The notes under the pieces were generated by a model, which saw nothing but the letters and a program-made list of their open reading frames with translations, had not been told where the DNA came from and did not search any database. A program made the translations under genes and the position numbers. A stretch of DNA of 37,684 bases from Blastocystis sp. subtype 4 (taxonomy: Eukaryota), in assembly GCF_000743755.1 (NCBI RefSeq), contig NW_014569472.1:1-37684 (forward strand), written 5' to 3'. This document shows, one piece after another, positions 36,593-37,684 of this stretch (its first letter is position 1; the number at the start of each line of letters is the position of its first letter).

Positions 36593-37564
36593 AGTGGGAA
36601 CACTCCCATATAAATGACTCTACAATTTCGTTAAGGATCCTTTCAAGGTCATCGATGCAGACCTCTTCAGCAAGATCATCTATTGATTGCATCAGTTCTT
36701 TCCTCTTCCAAGCAATCTCTTTCATTTTTGGTTTCATTGTCACCGCTAGTTTGCCTACAGCCTTTCGAAGACGTAAATCCAATTGATGCTTGAAAGAAGT
36801 GTAAGACTCTGGATTCGCTACAGGAATGTCTACAGTGCTTGTCAACGGATCTTTTTCAGCAGCAATAATGAGGTCCTTGACTCTTTCCACTGTTTGGACA
36901 GATGGGCAAATCTCAAGTGAATGACGTTCCCATCGTATGGAAGGATCAGGAACTTGAAATGAGTCCTATCGATTACAGAAGAATGGAACTCTAACTAGGA
37001 TAGTTTGGATTGAGGAGTTTGGAACTTGCTGGTGCTTACAACGATTTTGGTTCCTTTTGAACAATAAGTCTCTTGGAGTATTGACAAAGAGGTTTGCATA
37101 ACCACATTCATCTATGATTCCATCCAAATCATCAATTTGTACACATTCTACATATTTTCATCACAGTTTTCCGCATACTTCGGAGATGCATCGTATCATC
37201 CACAATGATCACAATTCGTTGACTTTCGGTGCAGATAGGACTGAATTTTACTGGTTTCAATGCAGGAAGAGTAATGATTGATTCTAGTTCCTTTCTTCCT
37301 TGCTTTAATTCACCTAACAATACTGAGAGGCATCGATAAGCTTGAATTCGACTCGAATGCCATACAGTCCGATCCCATTTTGTTTCTCTATTCTTTATTT
37401 CGTAGCAGTATAAAATACAATCCGTTGTTCATTTTTTCAACATCATCAAAGGAAATCACCGCAACAGATGCAAAAGGCTGCAACTCTGTCTGGAGAGTCC
37501 TAGCTAATGTTGTTTTCCCACTCGCTGGGCAACCACATAGGTTCAGGACTGTGATAGGTTGCAT
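36593..37564 (-). CDS. PSTK: L-seryl-tRNA(Sec) kinase (O-phosphoseryl-tRNA kinase)
   Basis: Spliced: MQPITVLNLCGCPASGKTTLA (P-loop), VISFDD, IIVDDTMHLRSMRK (Walker B plus SMR), RNQNR, FQVPDPSIRWERHS, HQLDLRLRKAVG. The 3' end is inferred at 36593 (poly(A)-made stop). The first genomic stop is at 36462. Confidence 0.82.
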
Positions 37565-37594
37565 TCAACAAAAATGAGTTTGCACTAAAGTCAC

Positions 37595-37684
37595 TTAGAA
37601 CAGTCTCTTCTCATAACTATGAAGGTTATGAACGCCTCCCTCAACCTGAGCACTAGATGATCTCACTTCTGCACGCAGACGACC
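37595..37684 (-). CDS. 3' end of a gene extending beyond the window (…GRLRAEVRSSSAQVEGGVHNLHSYEKRLF*)
   Basis: 30 open codons from the window edge to TAA at 37595-37597. TTTTTGTT follows at 37567-37574, just before the PSTK ATG. Confidence 0.55.
   Translation of the reverse strand, partial: GRLRAEVRSSSAQVEGGVHNLHSYEKRLF

Noticed and set aside
26000..37684. Fragmented ORFs read as pseudogenes or an alternative genetic code
   Set aside because: Removing ~30-nt GT..AG introns restores continuous conserved frames under the standard code.

Overview
This is a compact eukaryotic locus. Dense ~29-35 nt GT..AG introns, very short intergenic spacers and TGTTTGTT-type motifs at gene 3' ends point to Blastocystis (stramenopile gut protist; inferred from architecture). 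About 68% of the window is one minus-strand gene for a ~8,540-aa predicted secreted protein. It has ~65 diverged ~100-aa two-Cys beta-rich repeats, with other modules (three F5/8/discoidin-like domains, a CBM96/DNRLRE-like domain, stramenopile 'titin-like' units, short helices) inserted into the repeats' loops. Almost all of it is a single 25.6-kb exon. The remaining 12 kb holds spliced genes reconstructed by hand: an extended rhomboid protease, tRNA-Arg(CCT), a RAD23-like protein, the rhamnose epimerase/reductase NRS/ER (UER1), an RPEL-repeat protein, CLEC16A/TT9, a small orphan helical protein, L-seryl-tRNA(Sec) kinase PSTK and the 3' end of another gene. Several appear to get their stop codon from polyadenylation. 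All family assignments are motif recognition by eye, not database searches.
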